Shown here one piece after another: positions 44,987 to 59,350 of a stretch of 64,000 bases of DNA. This DNA is from the human T2T-CHM13v2.0 reference genome, Homo sapiens. The position numbers and the translations under genes were made by a program. Within the stretch, counting starts at the first letter, position 1. Every line of letters begins with the position of its first letter. The notes below the pieces were generated by a model. It worked only from the letters and a program-made list of their open reading frames with translations, did not search any database and was not told the DNA's origin. The stretch lies in the NCBI RefSeq assembly GCF_009914755.1, contig NC_060934.1; one strand, written 5' to 3'.

Positions 44987-45320
44987 TGCATGATGAATAG
45001 TTTTATGTGTCAACTTGGCTGACTTATAGAACCCAGTTACTTAATCAAACACTACTCAGTGTTGTTCTGTTATTTTTTAGATGTGATTAACATCTACAAT
45101 CAGTTTATTTTAAGTAAAGAAGATTACCCTCAATAATATATGTGGGCCTCATCCAACCAGTTGAAGGCCTTAAAAAGAAAAGCCGAGGTTTACCAGAGAA
45201 GTGATTCTGCTTCAAGACTGCAACATTAACCCCTGCCTGGGTTTTAAGCCTGCCAGCCTGCCTTACAGGTTTCAGATTTGCCAGTTCCCACCATCACAGG
45301 AGCCAATTTCTTGAAAATCT
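44987..45320 (+). mobile_element. MLT2 (D-like) ERVL LTR
   Basis: ttttatgtgtcaacttggct...gattaccctc...gtgggcctcatccaaccagttgaaggcctt...gccagcctgcc...gagccaatttctt. Confidence 0.8.
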
Positions 45321-45322
45321 AC

Positions 45323-45360
<38 letters not shown>
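45323..45360. repeat. (CTAT)n / GATA tetranucleotide STR, about 9.5 units
   Basis: Read directly from the sequence. Confidence 0.95.
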
Positions 45361-45363
<3 letters not shown>

Positions 45364-47439
45364 AAATCTATAGTGTCATCTGTTTCAGCCTGAGACTTTA
45401 AAAACTCTGGAAAGTATACGAATGGGAGCTGCCAACTCTGGGAACAACACTGTTGCCTCTGTTTTCTCTTGGATGGTATTCTTTCATTCTTAGCATTCCC
45501 CAAAGGTCTCTTTAGATGTCACTGGCACCTGACTCAGGGGATGAGAGACCACATGGTTCTGAGTTCTTTCATTTCTAACTCTATTGAAAGTTTAGAAAAG
45601 AAACTGCGGATGAGCAGTTGAGTCACAATGACCTGCAGTTCTGTGTCACCCAAATAATATGGGACCTTCAAAAGGAGAGGTGATGGCCCACAATGAATGT
45701 CTCCATTCCACTTCTAATGAAGATGTGGTGCCCATCATCACTTTGCTGTCTTCCATGCCAAACACCAATTGGAAAGGTCTATGACATTTTTCAAGGACTT
45801 AGACTGCTACCATTTGTAGCATTGAGTCAAATTTAACTGGTTTCTCTCTGGCAATTTTAAAGTCCATCAGGTCCTGGGGAGAGATCATCCAAAAGGCCTG
45901 AAGATGAGATGATTTGCCTCTCTTCAAAGACAAAATAGTGAAAAAATTCAGCAGATGATTGTTTAGCAGGTTAAAGCTCATAAATCTGTCGGCAAAATTT
46001 ACTGTCCATGTACATGAAATTAAGCAAGGCTTTTTTCCCCCCTTACCTCCAATGTAATTTTGAATTACGTACTCTATATTATAGATAAATCAGCTGCTTG
46101 TTGGCTGGTAGCCAAGCTTTTGGAAGACAGAAGGTGGTTTTATTTTTATTTCAACCTACTTCTGATTCACAGATTAGGGTGACATATAGTAAGGCATCAG
46201 AGTTTTTAAGATAATCTGTAATCAAGCAGTCAAACTACTTTCAATTATGCCCAATGAGATATAATTGGTGATATTGACAACCCTTGGATTGCATTGATTT
46301 TCTTATCCAAGCTGAAAATCTTGGTAACACTTCTCATAGCACAACTCTATTAATTACAGAAAATTCTTACTTCCCTTCTGTTTCTCAAACGTTATACTTT
46401 TGCTGTGGCTTTGCCATTACCCAAAGCATCTTAGGATGCTCCCCAAGGAAAATGGTCTCTCCTGACCCTTATAATAACCTACAGAGATGAGACCTTTTTT
46501 CAGGTGGAGTGATGCTGGATGAGAGAATGTTTGTAGGAGTGAATCCATGTGTGCTAAGAAGCGCAAGATGCTTGTTTATCTCAAATCATCAGACAGGAAT
46601 AGCTAAGTTGGTGACAACCATGAATGCCTTTTTTGATTACACTAGACTTGGAAACCAAATGATGTTCCCCGAGATGCTGCAAATTGGTATTTAAACATTA
46701 TAGTGGGGACATAGAGGAAGGCATAATGTAATCAGAATACTACAGTGGGGAAAGTTATGCTACAGCAGGTCTGGTGGTGCTTCAAGGCCTCTACAAATAG
46801 ATGATGCCTCTCCAAGGCCAGTAAGAGGTTATGGAGGCACAAAACAGAGCGATTGTAACTCACCTCAGACAACTAGAAAATTGTCCAAAATAAGAAGTTG
46901 TTTTTCTCTGAGGCTTGGAGAAAGGCCAGGTATTTTCTCCCAGGAGAAGTGACGGTGAGGAGGATCTTCCACATAAATAATTTCCCATCTTTATAAATCT
47001 TTATAAACCTTTCCAGAAGGAATCTATAATTTAGAGGTCAGCTCAGCAGAGGAAGAATACATTTATTTATGGAAGAGAAACTTGGTCTGCAAGCTACACT
47101 TGGAGCAAGGTAGGGGAATGAGATATCTCCATTTTTCTGTTCCTCAAATTTAAAGATACAGACACCAGTCTCAAGGGGGTCTGGGGAGGGATGTGTTTTC
47201 AACAGTCAGTCAACCACCATTTTTGTACCAGACAGGTAGAACATGTAGATATTCAAGAAACTGTTTCTGTCCAACACTGAACGCTCTCTTTTCATCTCCC
47301 GTAGCCATTGTTCCGATTTTCATTGTCTCTTATCCTGTATATTCATTACCCTCCTAAATTTGTCCTTGATCTTCATGAGGCACCTTCCTGGTCTTTGCCA
47401 GACAGAGATATTTTTCAAAATCACAAAAGATGAGAGGTC

Positions 47440-48520
47440 TTCGAAGGGAGGATGGTTAAGAATTTGGACTCACAGGTAGATAACCAGGGTTCAAATCCCG
47501 CCCCCAGTTATGTTCTTAAAGGATGGCGTTGGTCAAGCTGATTTTTTCTATAACTGAGTTTCCTCTTCCTCGATCTGTGAGTAACAATAGTACTCTCTCA
47601 TAGGCCTGGAGTAGCACAGGTAAGTAGTGTATGTAGAACAAGGGTTCCTGGTGCCTGGTAAATGCACACTAATTACTATATGTTATTATGAAGTCACTCA
47701 CCAGGTTAAAATACTCCTGTGGACTTCAACTGCCTCACAAATTCATTCAATTCCTGACAGTGATGCCAAGGCCCTTTGAAATATGGCTTTAGGTTCCTCC
47801 ATCTTCATCTCCTGCCACCCCACCCTGACTTTTATCAGGCCTTCAGGACTCTGTTTCCTTAGTGTGGCACATGCTTTTTATTCCTCTGAGCCCTGCACAC
47901 TCTGCTCTCTCTATCGCTCTTTCTCCTCTGCACTCAGCAAACAACCACTCATCCTTCCCAAGGAGGTCTTGAGAATTCAGTGGTTAGAAGTGTTGAGAAA
48001 TCAAAGCAGACAGGATTTTAATCTTGGCCCCAATACTCACCCACCAAGTGATCTCAGGTAAATTCAGCTAAGAATAATTTCCTGTGCCTTAGTTTCCTCA
48101 TCTGTACAATGGGCTCAAGGCTCCTCCCTCCCCAGCATAGTTATAATAATTAAATAAGACACTGAGCACAGGCACTCATCAAGGATCTGGCACAGGTAAG
48201 GTCTGAAGTGAGCACAGCTGTGAGTGTGACCCACCTCAAATTTCATTTTCTTTGTAAAGCCCCCCCCCCAATCTTTTCTCCATGCTTCCAAAGCCCTTCT
48301 TATACAGCATTATCATGATATATATTAAATTTTAGAGGACTACTTGATCATTTCTACATGATCATACTACAGATCAGACCTGTTTCTACATGAACTGTAT
48401 CTGTGTAAACACAGAGAATCATGTTGTATTCATCTCAGTAGACTTAGTACCTTGCAAAATCCCAAGAACAGCATTAAGTGTTTAAATACGTATTGGATGA
48501 ATTAATTAATGGATGAGTAA
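47440..48520 (+). mobile_element. Cluster of MIR (47440-47690, 47960-48200) and L2 (47690-47960, 48230-48520) relics
   Basis: gggttcaaatccc...agtttcctc; tgtgccttagtttcctcatctgtacaatggg; aaggccctttgaaatatggc; L2-type end before a (ggat)n-rich tract. Confidence 0.65.
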
Positions 48521-48596
48521 ATGAGTATCTGGATAATGGGATGGATGGGTGGGTGGATGGAGAGATGAATGGATGATAAAAGCAGATAAATGACAC

Positions 48597-48898
<302 letters not shown>

Positions 48899-49379
48899 TA
48901 GTAACACACATTTTAAAGATAACTATCAAAAATCGGCAAGGTATGTTTTAGAGCTTAACAGATACTCCAGACTCTCAGTGCTGTACAGATTTAGAGGACA
49001 AAGAGAACTTTGTACACTAGTACATTAGGAATGGCTTTCCAGAGGAGAGGAAATGAAGTAGGCCTTTAAGGATGGGTGAGTTTAGAAAGGACCAAGGACC
49101 CTCCAAGTGACAGTGGTGTAGCCAAAGTGGCTCAAAAATTCTAAATCAGATAATTCTCAATCAATTGTGTATGAGGTTGGATGGAAGGTCACTGATAAAC
49201 ACAAAATACGATTAGAACAAACCTGTCAAAACGTATTACAAAATGAACTTAAAGCAAATGCATTTAATTACTGCACTTGGTAATTAGAAAAGCACATCTA
49301 TCTGTTACAGAGCAACCTACCTTTGTTTTCTGCACGATCTACTAGGCACACAGATAACCAAACGCAATACCAGACTGCA

Positions 49380-49780
49380 GTAGTTAGTGCAGGCTGCCCA
49401 AAATACAAATCGTAAAACATAGTAACAGTATTTCTTGCTTAAGTAACAACCCAAGGACTATGTTTTTGATTGGGGGTGACTTCCCTATCATGACTCAGGG
49501 ACTCAGAATCCTTCCATCCAGTGGCTTTGCCACCCCTGAGAGTCTCTTTGTGAGCTACTATTTAAAGGGCAAATGACATTAAGAGCACATGCTGAAGGAC
49601 TTTCATGGGTCAGGCCAAAAGTTGAAGCACAGTTCTTCTTCTCAGACTCCATGGGCAAGAGCGCAGTTACATGGCCCCATCTAACCCGAAAGAAGGCTGA
49701 AAATACTGTACAGCTCTGAGCCCAGGAAGAAGAGGACACTGGCTTTACTGAGCAACCAGCAAGGTCAGCCATGGGTCCGT
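49380..49780 (-). mobile_element. Old MLT1 LTR fragment
   Basis: actcagggactcagaatccttccatc...gttacatggccccatctaacc.aagaaggctgaaaat...gcccaggaag. Confidence 0.6.
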
Positions 49781-50051
49781 CTGGTTTTGCCAATGGGCAC
49801 TTCTCCCTCACCCTCTTGATCATTTTCCTCTTCTCCTCAATGATAACACAATGTCATCTGCACCTAGTGTCTAAAACTCTAGCTTATGTATTTTCTGGTT
49901 TATTAGACCAGGTGACTTTTCTCTAAGAATAATACAGCCTGCATGTGCTAATGTTATAAGTAGTCAATTTGGGGGCTGAGTGGTACCATGTTCTAAATGA
50001 GAAATACCTGCTGGTTTGTAAATGTTTTAACTGATTTCAAAACTATATATA

Positions 50052-50484
50052 CAGTTGACCCCATAACAACATGGAAGTTAGGGCCACCAAACCCACATGC
50101 AGTAGAAAATCCACATGTAACTTTTGACTCCCCAAAAACTTAACTACTAATGATCTATGGTTGACCAGAAACTTTACTGATAACATAGCCAATTAATATA
50201 TGCTTTGTGTGTTCTATGTATTATATGCTGTATTCTTAAAATAAAGTAAGCTAGAGAAAAGAAAATGTTTTAAGAAAATCATAAGGAAGAGAAAATATAT
50301 TTCCTATTCACTAAGTGCAAGTGGATCATCATGAAGGTCTTCACCCTTGTCATCTTCACATCGAGTAGGCTGAAGAGAAAAAGGAGGGGTTGGTCTTGTT
50401 GTCTCAGGGATGGCAGAGGCGGAAGAAAATCTATGTATAAGTGAATCCATGCAGTTCAAACCCATCTTATTCATGAGTCAACTA
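50052..50484. mobile_element. Tigger2-derived MITE (MER28/Tigger2a-like), 433 bp
   Basis: Terminal inverted repeats cagttgaccc...gagtcaacta within TA context; internal gtggatcatcatgaaggtcttc and ggaggggttggtcttg. Confidence 0.82.
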
Positions 50485-50569
50485 TATATACATATTTTTT
50501 TAACAAATGCAATATCTCTTCTCATTGTTTACTGTTATTAACATACACAGGATAATCAACATTTAGCTA

Positions 50570-50790
50570 AAGTAATCACTATTTATTCAGTGTGTACTTT
50601 GTTGCGGATTTGTGCTTTACACTATATACATCTGAAAACCATAATCCAGGGGTTATTAATTTCTGTTTTAAAGTGAGACAGCTCAGGTGCAGAGAGGCTT
50701 AATGACTGAATCAAGGCCCTTTTCCTAGTAATTGTCACTGCTGATACTGGAATTCAGGTTGGCCTGTCTTTAAGGCCCACATTTTTTATT
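50570..50790 (-). mobile_element. MIR
   Basis: gagacagctcaggtgcagagaggcttaatgact...ggaattcagg. Confidence 0.55.
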
Positions 50791-51460
50791 CCATACAATC
50801 TTTCATCCATTAATAATACACCACAGATTGATGATAACAAGGTCACAATCTAATCATGATGCTTCACAATCATAGTGGGAATTTAAGGTTCTTTGGCCCA
50901 ACCCAGAACCCGTATACCTCACTTTTATCATGGGAGCAGTGAGATAATCTAGTTTTTCTATGCAAAATATTACTGTTATGAATATCTATGATTCTTGCCC
51001 TCTGAAAGTGATACTAGTGACTTGTAATGAGCATATTGGCTCAATACTGGGAAGAGAAAAATTAACATTTGTGTACCTAGATTAATGAAGAGTTAGTTGG
51101 TGGCCTGGGGATAGGCTGGGCAATGATTGTTCATGATGATAGCAGAAATTTCTTCAAAGGCTCAGAAGGCATGATCTAAGACCTCTCATGATGGGGAGAG
51201 AATTTCTGAAGGGCTCAAATTCATTTCTGACACAAAATCATAATGAGATGATGCATTTAGTTATACAGATATCTTGAAATAAAGAAGATGTTTGGTAAAT
51301 AACTTTACACTTATGAACTACAAGGTCTGTAGTATACTATTAAATGCGGTGTTTTTTTTTAGCCATTATGCTAAAAGCATCAAGTTTTAAAATACGAACG
51401 TTTAAATTATTCCATAATTTTATAACTCCTGTTTGGGCATTTCTCCATATTTTTAAACGT

Positions 51461-51526
51461 ACTATTAGGTTGATGCAATTGAAAGCATAGCAAAAATCTC
51501 AATTACTGTTGCACCAATCTAATAGT
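51461..51526. mobile_element. MADE1 MITE, internally shortened palindrome
   Basis: actattaggttgatgcaa ... ttgcaccaatctaatagt inverted repeat matching MADE1 TIRs with TA flanks. Confidence 0.8.
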
Positions 51527-51815
51527 GCTCACAGGAGAAAAGAAGAAGGACAGGCTTCCCTCAACTTCTGAAGCATGGTTCTACTAGTTCTTCTTAGGGC
51601 TGTGGAAGTTCCTAAGTGTGATTATTTGTTGGGAGTGGTTTAAGCTGGATGTGTTTTGGGTTCCTGAGAACACTGTAGCTATACACCTGTGGTTTTCCTA
51701 TGAGCTAGGCAGTTGGATGTACACGCCATGTGCACAGAGGATACAGGCTTTGAGAATTGATGACTAGTCTAAGTTATAATTTTTGAATGCACAGCATTGT
51801 AAGGACAAAGAAAAA

Positions 51816-51818
<3 letters not shown>

Positions 51819-51846
<28 letters not shown>
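51819..51846. repeat. (TA)n microsatellite, about 14 units
   Basis: Read directly from the sequence. Confidence 0.95.
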
Positions 51847-51849
<3 letters not shown>

Positions 51850-51850
<1 letters not shown>

Positions 51851-52298
51851 AAATACTTTGAAATTTATTGACGCTCATTTTAAGGGCCAAAATATAGTCC
51901 ATCTTGGCAGATGTTCAGTGCAAACTTGAAAAGAATGTGTACATTGTTAAGTGGAGTGTTCTGTAAATAATCAGATAAAGTAGGTTGATAGTGTTGTTCA
52001 AGCCTACTGTATCCTTTCTGATTTTCTGCCTACTTTTCCTAAGAATTATTGAGGTATGGGTATTAAAATCTCCAACTATTATTATGAGATTACCTACTTG
52101 TCCTTGAAATTCTAACAGATTTTGCTTCATGTATTTTGAATCTTTGTTGTTAGCTGCATAAATGTTTAGAATTGCTATGTTCTCTTGATAAACTAACCCT
52201 ATTATCATTATGAAATAAACTTCTTTATCCCCAGTAATACTCTGCTTTGAAATATATTTTGTCTCATATTAATATAGCTGTACCAACCTTATTTTGAT
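51850..52298 (-). mobile_element. Old L1M ORF2 endonuclease fragment
   Basis: ORF 51915-52208 ILNIYAAN..IIVGDFNT..YRTLH. Confidence 0.8.
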
Positions 52299-53730
52299 TC
52301 ATGAAACAACAAGCTACAGACTGGAAGAAAATGTTTGCAAAGCAAAAAATGTCTAATAACAAACTTACATCTAAAATGTATAAAGAATTCTCAAAATTCA
52401 ATATTTAAAAAGCAAACAAAATTTTTAGAATGGACAAAAGTTTTGAACAGGTATTTCACTATACAAATATACAGATGGTAAATATGTGCATGAAAAGATA
52501 CTCAATATTATTGTCATTAGGGAAATGCAAATTAAAATCAAATGCAATCTTACTCCATGCCTATTAAAATGGCTAAAATTAAAGACTCTCTGTAATAAGA
52601 TGGCAAGGATCTGGAGGGTGGCAACTCTCATGCACTGCTGGTGGGAATGTAAAATGGGACAACCACTTTAGAAAATGATCTGGCAATTTTTTACAAAGTT
52701 AAACACCTACCATATAATTCAACCATTTCAATCCGGAGAATGTATTCAAGAAAAAAGAAGGCATATGCTTATATAAATATAAATGTTCACTGCAGCTTTG
52801 TTGTAATAGCCAACAACTGGAAACAACCTAAATATCCATCAATAGATGGATGAACAAATTGAGGTACTGTATATACAGACAATAAAATATTTATCAACAA
52901 TAGAAAGGAATGAGCTATTGATATTCACCACAACACTATAAACTGTAAAATACTTACGCTGAGTGAATGAAACCAGACATGCTCTATAATTCCACTGATA
53001 TGAAATCTAGAAAATGAAAAGTAATCTATAGTGATAGAAAACAAAGCAGGGGTTGCCTGCAGATGTGGAGTGATGGGGAAGAATAAGCAGGGATTTTGCA
53101 GAGCAGAACAAGGAATTATTTGGGGGTGACGGAGATGTTCATTTTCTTGATTGTGGTGATGGGTTGACAAGTGTGTACAGATGTCAAAACTTACCAAATT
53201 GAACCCTTTAAATATGTGCAGTTTATTTTATATCAATTAAAACTCAAGAAAGCTGTTAAAAACATAATTCCATATCCACCCAAGGAAATGAAAACATGTG
53301 TCCACACAAAGACTTGTAAACAAATGTTCTTAACATTATGCATAATTTGCAAATATGGCAAATGACCTAAATGTCCATTAAGTGGGAATGGATGGACAAA
53401 ATGTAGTGTATTCACATAATGGAATACTATGCAGCAATAAAAAGGAATAAACTACAAATGCATGTTACAACATGAATGAACCTCAACACATTATGTTCAT
53501 TGAAAGAAACCAGACACAAAAGACCACATATTGTATGATTCCATTTATAAGGAATATTCAGCAAAGGCAGAGTTACAGGGACAGAAAGTACATTAGTGTT
53601 TGCCTTGGATGTGGAAATTAGGGTGTGGCAAGTGTGCATTAGCAATCTTATTGGGATGATTTAAATTTCCTCAAATTGATTTATGGTGATGGTTGCACAA
53701 CGTGGTTAGTTTACTAAAATAATTCCAAAT
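52299..53730 (+). mobile_element. Old L1M (MB/MD/ME) ORF2 end and two successive 3'UTR pieces
   Basis: IREMQIK..HCWWECK (52486-52671); 3'UTR motifs at 52700-53260 and again at 53270-53730. Confidence 0.75.
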
Positions 53731-56700
53731 TCTGGCCCACATTGTCTCCATGCTGAGATCATGGTGAAATCTCAGAACAGGTCTGCATACTGGGAAGCAA
53801 AACTTGGGGGAACTTAACAGAATGAGCTGCAGCAGCTGAGATACTGCACTGTGCACTAATCAAATGACTCCTCTGGAGAATGCTGTAACCTTGCAAATGT
53901 GATCTTAGAAGAGAGATATTTGAACAATGAGCACATTATAAGAATATGGCCATGAAAATGAACTGCAGACATTTAAGAAAATCAATGGGGAGAACAAGGA
54001 TCTCATTGGCTCAGCAAGCTAGATTGGTATCTATCAAGAGATACTGCTATCATCTAAGTATATTAAGTGTAAGATCTGAATTTAGGGCAATGAAAGCAGG
54101 GAAATTGTATTTTAACCTACAGCTTAAGTTTTATGTATGCTATGAGTACAGGATAAAGGAAAAGTAAGAAAAGGGGTTTGTTTGTTCTGGAAGTTTTTCT
54201 TCTATGATGGTGAATATAAAATTCACCTCTAAAATGGAAAGGCAAGAAAATAGAAATATAATTGTATATACTTCTGTGCACAGACAGACAGCAATTATAT
54301 CTTCCTGGGATTTCTGTATCACAGAAAATATTGTGATATTATATTTATATGCAAAACAATAGGGGCCCTGGTAATGGTGAACTCAGTGAGGGAGGAGGTA
54401 GAGGAGCCTCAAGGATGATGGTTGAAGTTAAGCTCAGCAGAGCCTTGCTGTCCATTGACATTGGCTCCTTGTGTTTGTTTACACATAAGCCAGAATTCAA
54501 TCATTTGTTACACCTAGACAATATTTCCTTTATGGGAATAAAGGTAAATGAAATGCTTCACCTGCAGATGTGCCAACAACAAACGGGGAAAGCCTGGTGA
54601 GGGACCAGTCTACAGGGTCCTCAAGGATTATGTTCTCTGCTTATCAAGATCCCTGTGACCCTCTGCACAATGCCACTAATGCTCAGAACTAAGGAGATTT
54701 ACTTTCTTTGCCCCTGAAAAGAAATACATCTCTAGAAAGAGTGGAGATGACAGTAACTGTACTGAAAATGGTGAATGCATTGATTGTGCTTCCAAGGAGA
54801 TCCAGCCTGCAATGCAGCAGGAATTTTTGCTTTTGTAAATATAGCAAGAGAGGCACCAGCCGTGTTTGGATGTACAAATTGCCTGAAGTACTAAAAGTGC
54901 TGCTTAATAAAGAGATGGAATAGACTCAACCATCTCCATCGGTTTTACTTTGTTTTTATACTCTTGGGCTGGACAATTTAAGTTACTTTCAACAGTTTGT
55001 CTCAAATACAGATTCTCCTTTTCAACATTGGGGGCGAAGATTTCAAATGGTTGTAGCTAGAGATGAAACCATGGCTAACTGTATTGGAGGGTGGAACATT
55101 AAGTAAACAGACAAATTGGAGAAGAGAAAACATTGAGTAAACTCATGAGTAAGGGACTTGTTTTTTCTTCTGCTGGGAAGGGTAATTTATTCATCTTATG
55201 TTTGGGTTAATTATAGAAATATAATCTAAGTGGACTCCTGCTGTGAAATGAAAAAATAAATAAGGTTAACATACAAATGTGGGAATACGCACAATTTCAA
55301 CTTAATAATAGATACTTATGGCTTTAATGAAGGCATATCATCTCACAGTTATCAAAGAATTGGCTTTGACCAATAAAAGCATGACTAATGAATTGGCTTA
55401 TTATTCTCCTCTGCTCTTGATTTAAGAGCCATTGTTCTCTGACTGTGACAACACTCACTGTGGTCTTCATGTTTAAACATGATGCCCACTAATAATGTTG
55501 CCAACTGTGTGAGCAGAGGTAGCTGCAACAGCTGGTGAGTGTTCACCTGCTTTTCTCTTATTCTCCGTGGCCAGAGCTACCGCTAGAGACTGTTGTTGTA
55601 ACAACTTGGACTCCTATGACTCTCTGCACTTCTGGTGAAACCAAAACACGTGTTTAGACTCAGCTGGTCCATACCTTCTAGTCTCATATTATACTGTTCC
55701 TTTTTACTGCTGCTCATCCTTTGGCTTTTTGGATGGAAAGGCAATGAATCAAACAAACAGTTTATTCTAATGGATGTAAACAAAATTAGAGGGAGAGCAA
55801 ACATCACAACAGTTCTGTATCCTAGAATGGTAAAGCATCTCAGTGTCTCTTTACACTGGCTGGAAGGAGGCTGAAAACTAAATTTGCCTCACGCCTCTCA
55901 TGAATAGCAATAACTTTATGTCAATCCTTCCTGGAATGAGGTGGATGGAGTATTAAATAAATAAACTCTCTTGGTTTAAAGATTGGCATTTGCATGAGAC
56001 TTAAATGAGATGAACACATACAAAATATCTGCAGCCGCGTCTAGCACACAATAAATGCTCGTTGAATATTTGCTTTTATGTTTTTTGTGATTAATGGATA
56101 TGTCTGTTTAAAATAAAATCATCTTCAATTCTAGAATTCTGGACAACATTGTCTTGACTGAGGGATTGTCCCAAATGAAATAAAATATACAATAGTTGAG
56201 TTGGGTTGTGTCCAAGTGGCTCTCCCTAATGGAGGTCTCTGGACAGCATGAAAAAACAGATTTAAGACCTTCAGAAGTTCACCAGGGAAAATGAAGAGGG
56301 CAATGGAGGGAGGAGGGGTAAAAGTTAAAAGAAAACTGTCTCCACTTTTGTTTTGTAGCACTACAGGAATGCAACACTTCGGAGACGAGAATAGGGTTCC
56401 TCAGGGCACGGCCTTGGAATGTGGTTCTTAGAAGTAAAGAAAGGAAGATGCAGATGCCGTTAAAACTAAGTTGTGGCTGTCATTATTTCTGACCCTGAAG
56501 TTCCACTACTCTGACCCCCACAGAACTATATCAGTCTCCATAAGGTGATGTGCTTAGGGGAGGCCAAAACCAAAATGATTTGGAGATCATGAGACTTATT
56601 GGTCCCACCTACTGCAAAGTTTATTTTTAAGCAGGGCTGTCTAAAGATATAACAGGTAGGGAGTGGTCAAATCCTCTTCATGTTCACATTTCTTTTTACT

Positions 56701-57141
56701 GCACTTCGTGTCACCAGCTCACCTCCAGCCACCATTATTGGTTCTTGGGCATCACTATGGTTTCCTGATGAAATTAAAGCCCCCTTTTAAAAGTTGATTC
56801 CCAAACCCCTTTGAGGGGTTTAAAATGAATCCCATTTAAAAAGAATATGCCTACAACTTAATAATAATATGTAACAATTATTGAGCACCTTCCAAGTGGT
56901 AGGCCCTGTGCTAAGCACTCCCCAGGCCTTATTTCACTTAATTCTCATAATTACCCTCTCTATCCCTTCTAGAAATGAATCACACAAAGACAACTCTGAA
57001 AATTCCTAAATTCCCAATATTTCCCAATTCTACTGCTACTCCTATTTTTGCTCTATTTTCCATGAACATCCTCAATTCTTCCCAAGCTCAAAGGGAACGG
57101 TTCACGCTTCAGACATGCCAAATGAGTTCAAGAAGCTCACA

Positions 57142-57412
<271 letters not shown>

Positions 57413-58369
57413 TCACAGTACCTCGTGGGCAAGGCAAAGGAGAAAACAGAAGCCTTCAAGCACCCAACCCAGCTTTCAACTCTATAATTCAATTAATGAT
57501 TTCCCAAAATTGTCAGGTAAGGAGAGGAGAGAAAGAATGATAAAGTAGCCTGTGGTCTATGCCACCCAAGATGAAAGAAGGACTCACAAAATTAGCATGT
57601 GGAGGAACTCCGCTTGCTCCCTCAGTAAATCTCTATTTCTGTTTCTAAAGGTCACACAAGTGTATATGCATCCCATAAATGATTCTCTTATTATATCTCT
57701 CTCTGTTAATGCTCAACAATCCTACACATACAAAGACCATTTAGCAGAATGCCAATATCAGCTTTAGAGTTTATCATTTTAAAAAGTAACAACTAAGTGC
57801 TGCTCTGACTCATAAAATATGCAATAAGGGGTTTTGAGTAAGATTGAAAAATAGAAGGGAAATCTGTGCTCCCAGCAGGCAAAATATTCCTGACATTTTT
57901 AATAATAATGAAACATAAAACCTCCTTAAGGCACAACTGAAATCCATTTTGCATGTGAAAAAAAAAATAGGTTCCATTTAATTTGTTTAGGTTTCTTTGT
58001 TTGGCTTTATGTTTCTTATTGAAAAGTTTGAGGATATGAAAAGTATAATAAATGTCTCAGCTCTTGAGGGGAGGTGTGGAATAGAGAGTCAATTTTTCTA
58101 ATCAGACAAGGGAAACTAAGAAATATTTATGCAAAAAATTATTTCCCCAATTTCCTTCACAAATTCAGTTTTGTTTTACTTTCAGAAGGCAAAAAGGAAA
58201 ATAAGTATAAGCTTACTTGACTTTATTTACATAATCTATATCATGGCTCCTGGCAGTGCAAATATGAAGAGGTATAGCATATTTCACATCCTAACTAATG
58301 AGGTTTGCCTAATTCACATTAGAGAGGGAGAAAAGGAGAGAGCAAGAAGATGAGTATTTTCAAATTTTA

Positions 58370-58705
<336 letters not shown>

Positions 58706-59172
58706 CTAGATGGAGTTGTCCTATGGTACAACAACAGTACGTGGCATTTACTGGCATGACAGTTCAATCAGGAAGAATGCAATATTGTAGTTATTCATTT
58801 CATCTTGTCTGACATTCAATTTGAAGGGCCCTGAAGTTGGGATCATATGTCTCTTGTTCACTGCTGTGTTCCTACTGCCCATAAAGTAAGCATTTCATTA
58901 GGGACATAACTGAGTAATGGGGTTAGAGCTGTCCAGTCATGGAAGTGGTGAGCTGTCCATCACCAAAGACATTCCAACATTGCTGACACAGGTGAGATTA
59001 GAGCAGAAATCTCAAGGTGCAGGGTTGAATTAAATACATATATGATCGTATGTCTGATCCCAATCTCAGGGACCTTAGAAATGAGTATAAGACAAAATGA
59101 AACCAGTAACTACAGTATTAATTTAGAATACATATTTTGCTTATGTGTAACTATCTGTGGAACTATGCTGCC

Positions 59173-59350
59173 TTTTTTTTTTTTTTTTTTTTTTTGAGAC
59201 AGTGTCTCACTCTGTCTCTCAAGCTGGAGTACAGCGGCATAATCACTACACTGTAGCTCACTACAGACTCCAATTACTGTGCTCAAGCAGTCCTCCTGCC
59301 TCAGCTTCCCAGGTAGTGGGGGATTACAAGTTCAAGCCATCATGCCCAGC
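59173..59350 (-). mobile_element. Old Alu right monomer (FRAM or truncated AluJ)
   Basis: Poly(T), gagacagtgtctcactctg...ctcaagcagtcctcctgcctcagc...catgcccagc. Confidence 0.8.

Noticed and set aside
56803-56822. aaacccct-ttg-aggggtttt hairpin resembling a bacterial or T7 terminator
   Set aside because: An 8-bp stem is expected by chance in 64 kb, and intrinsic terminators are not relevant in this human context.
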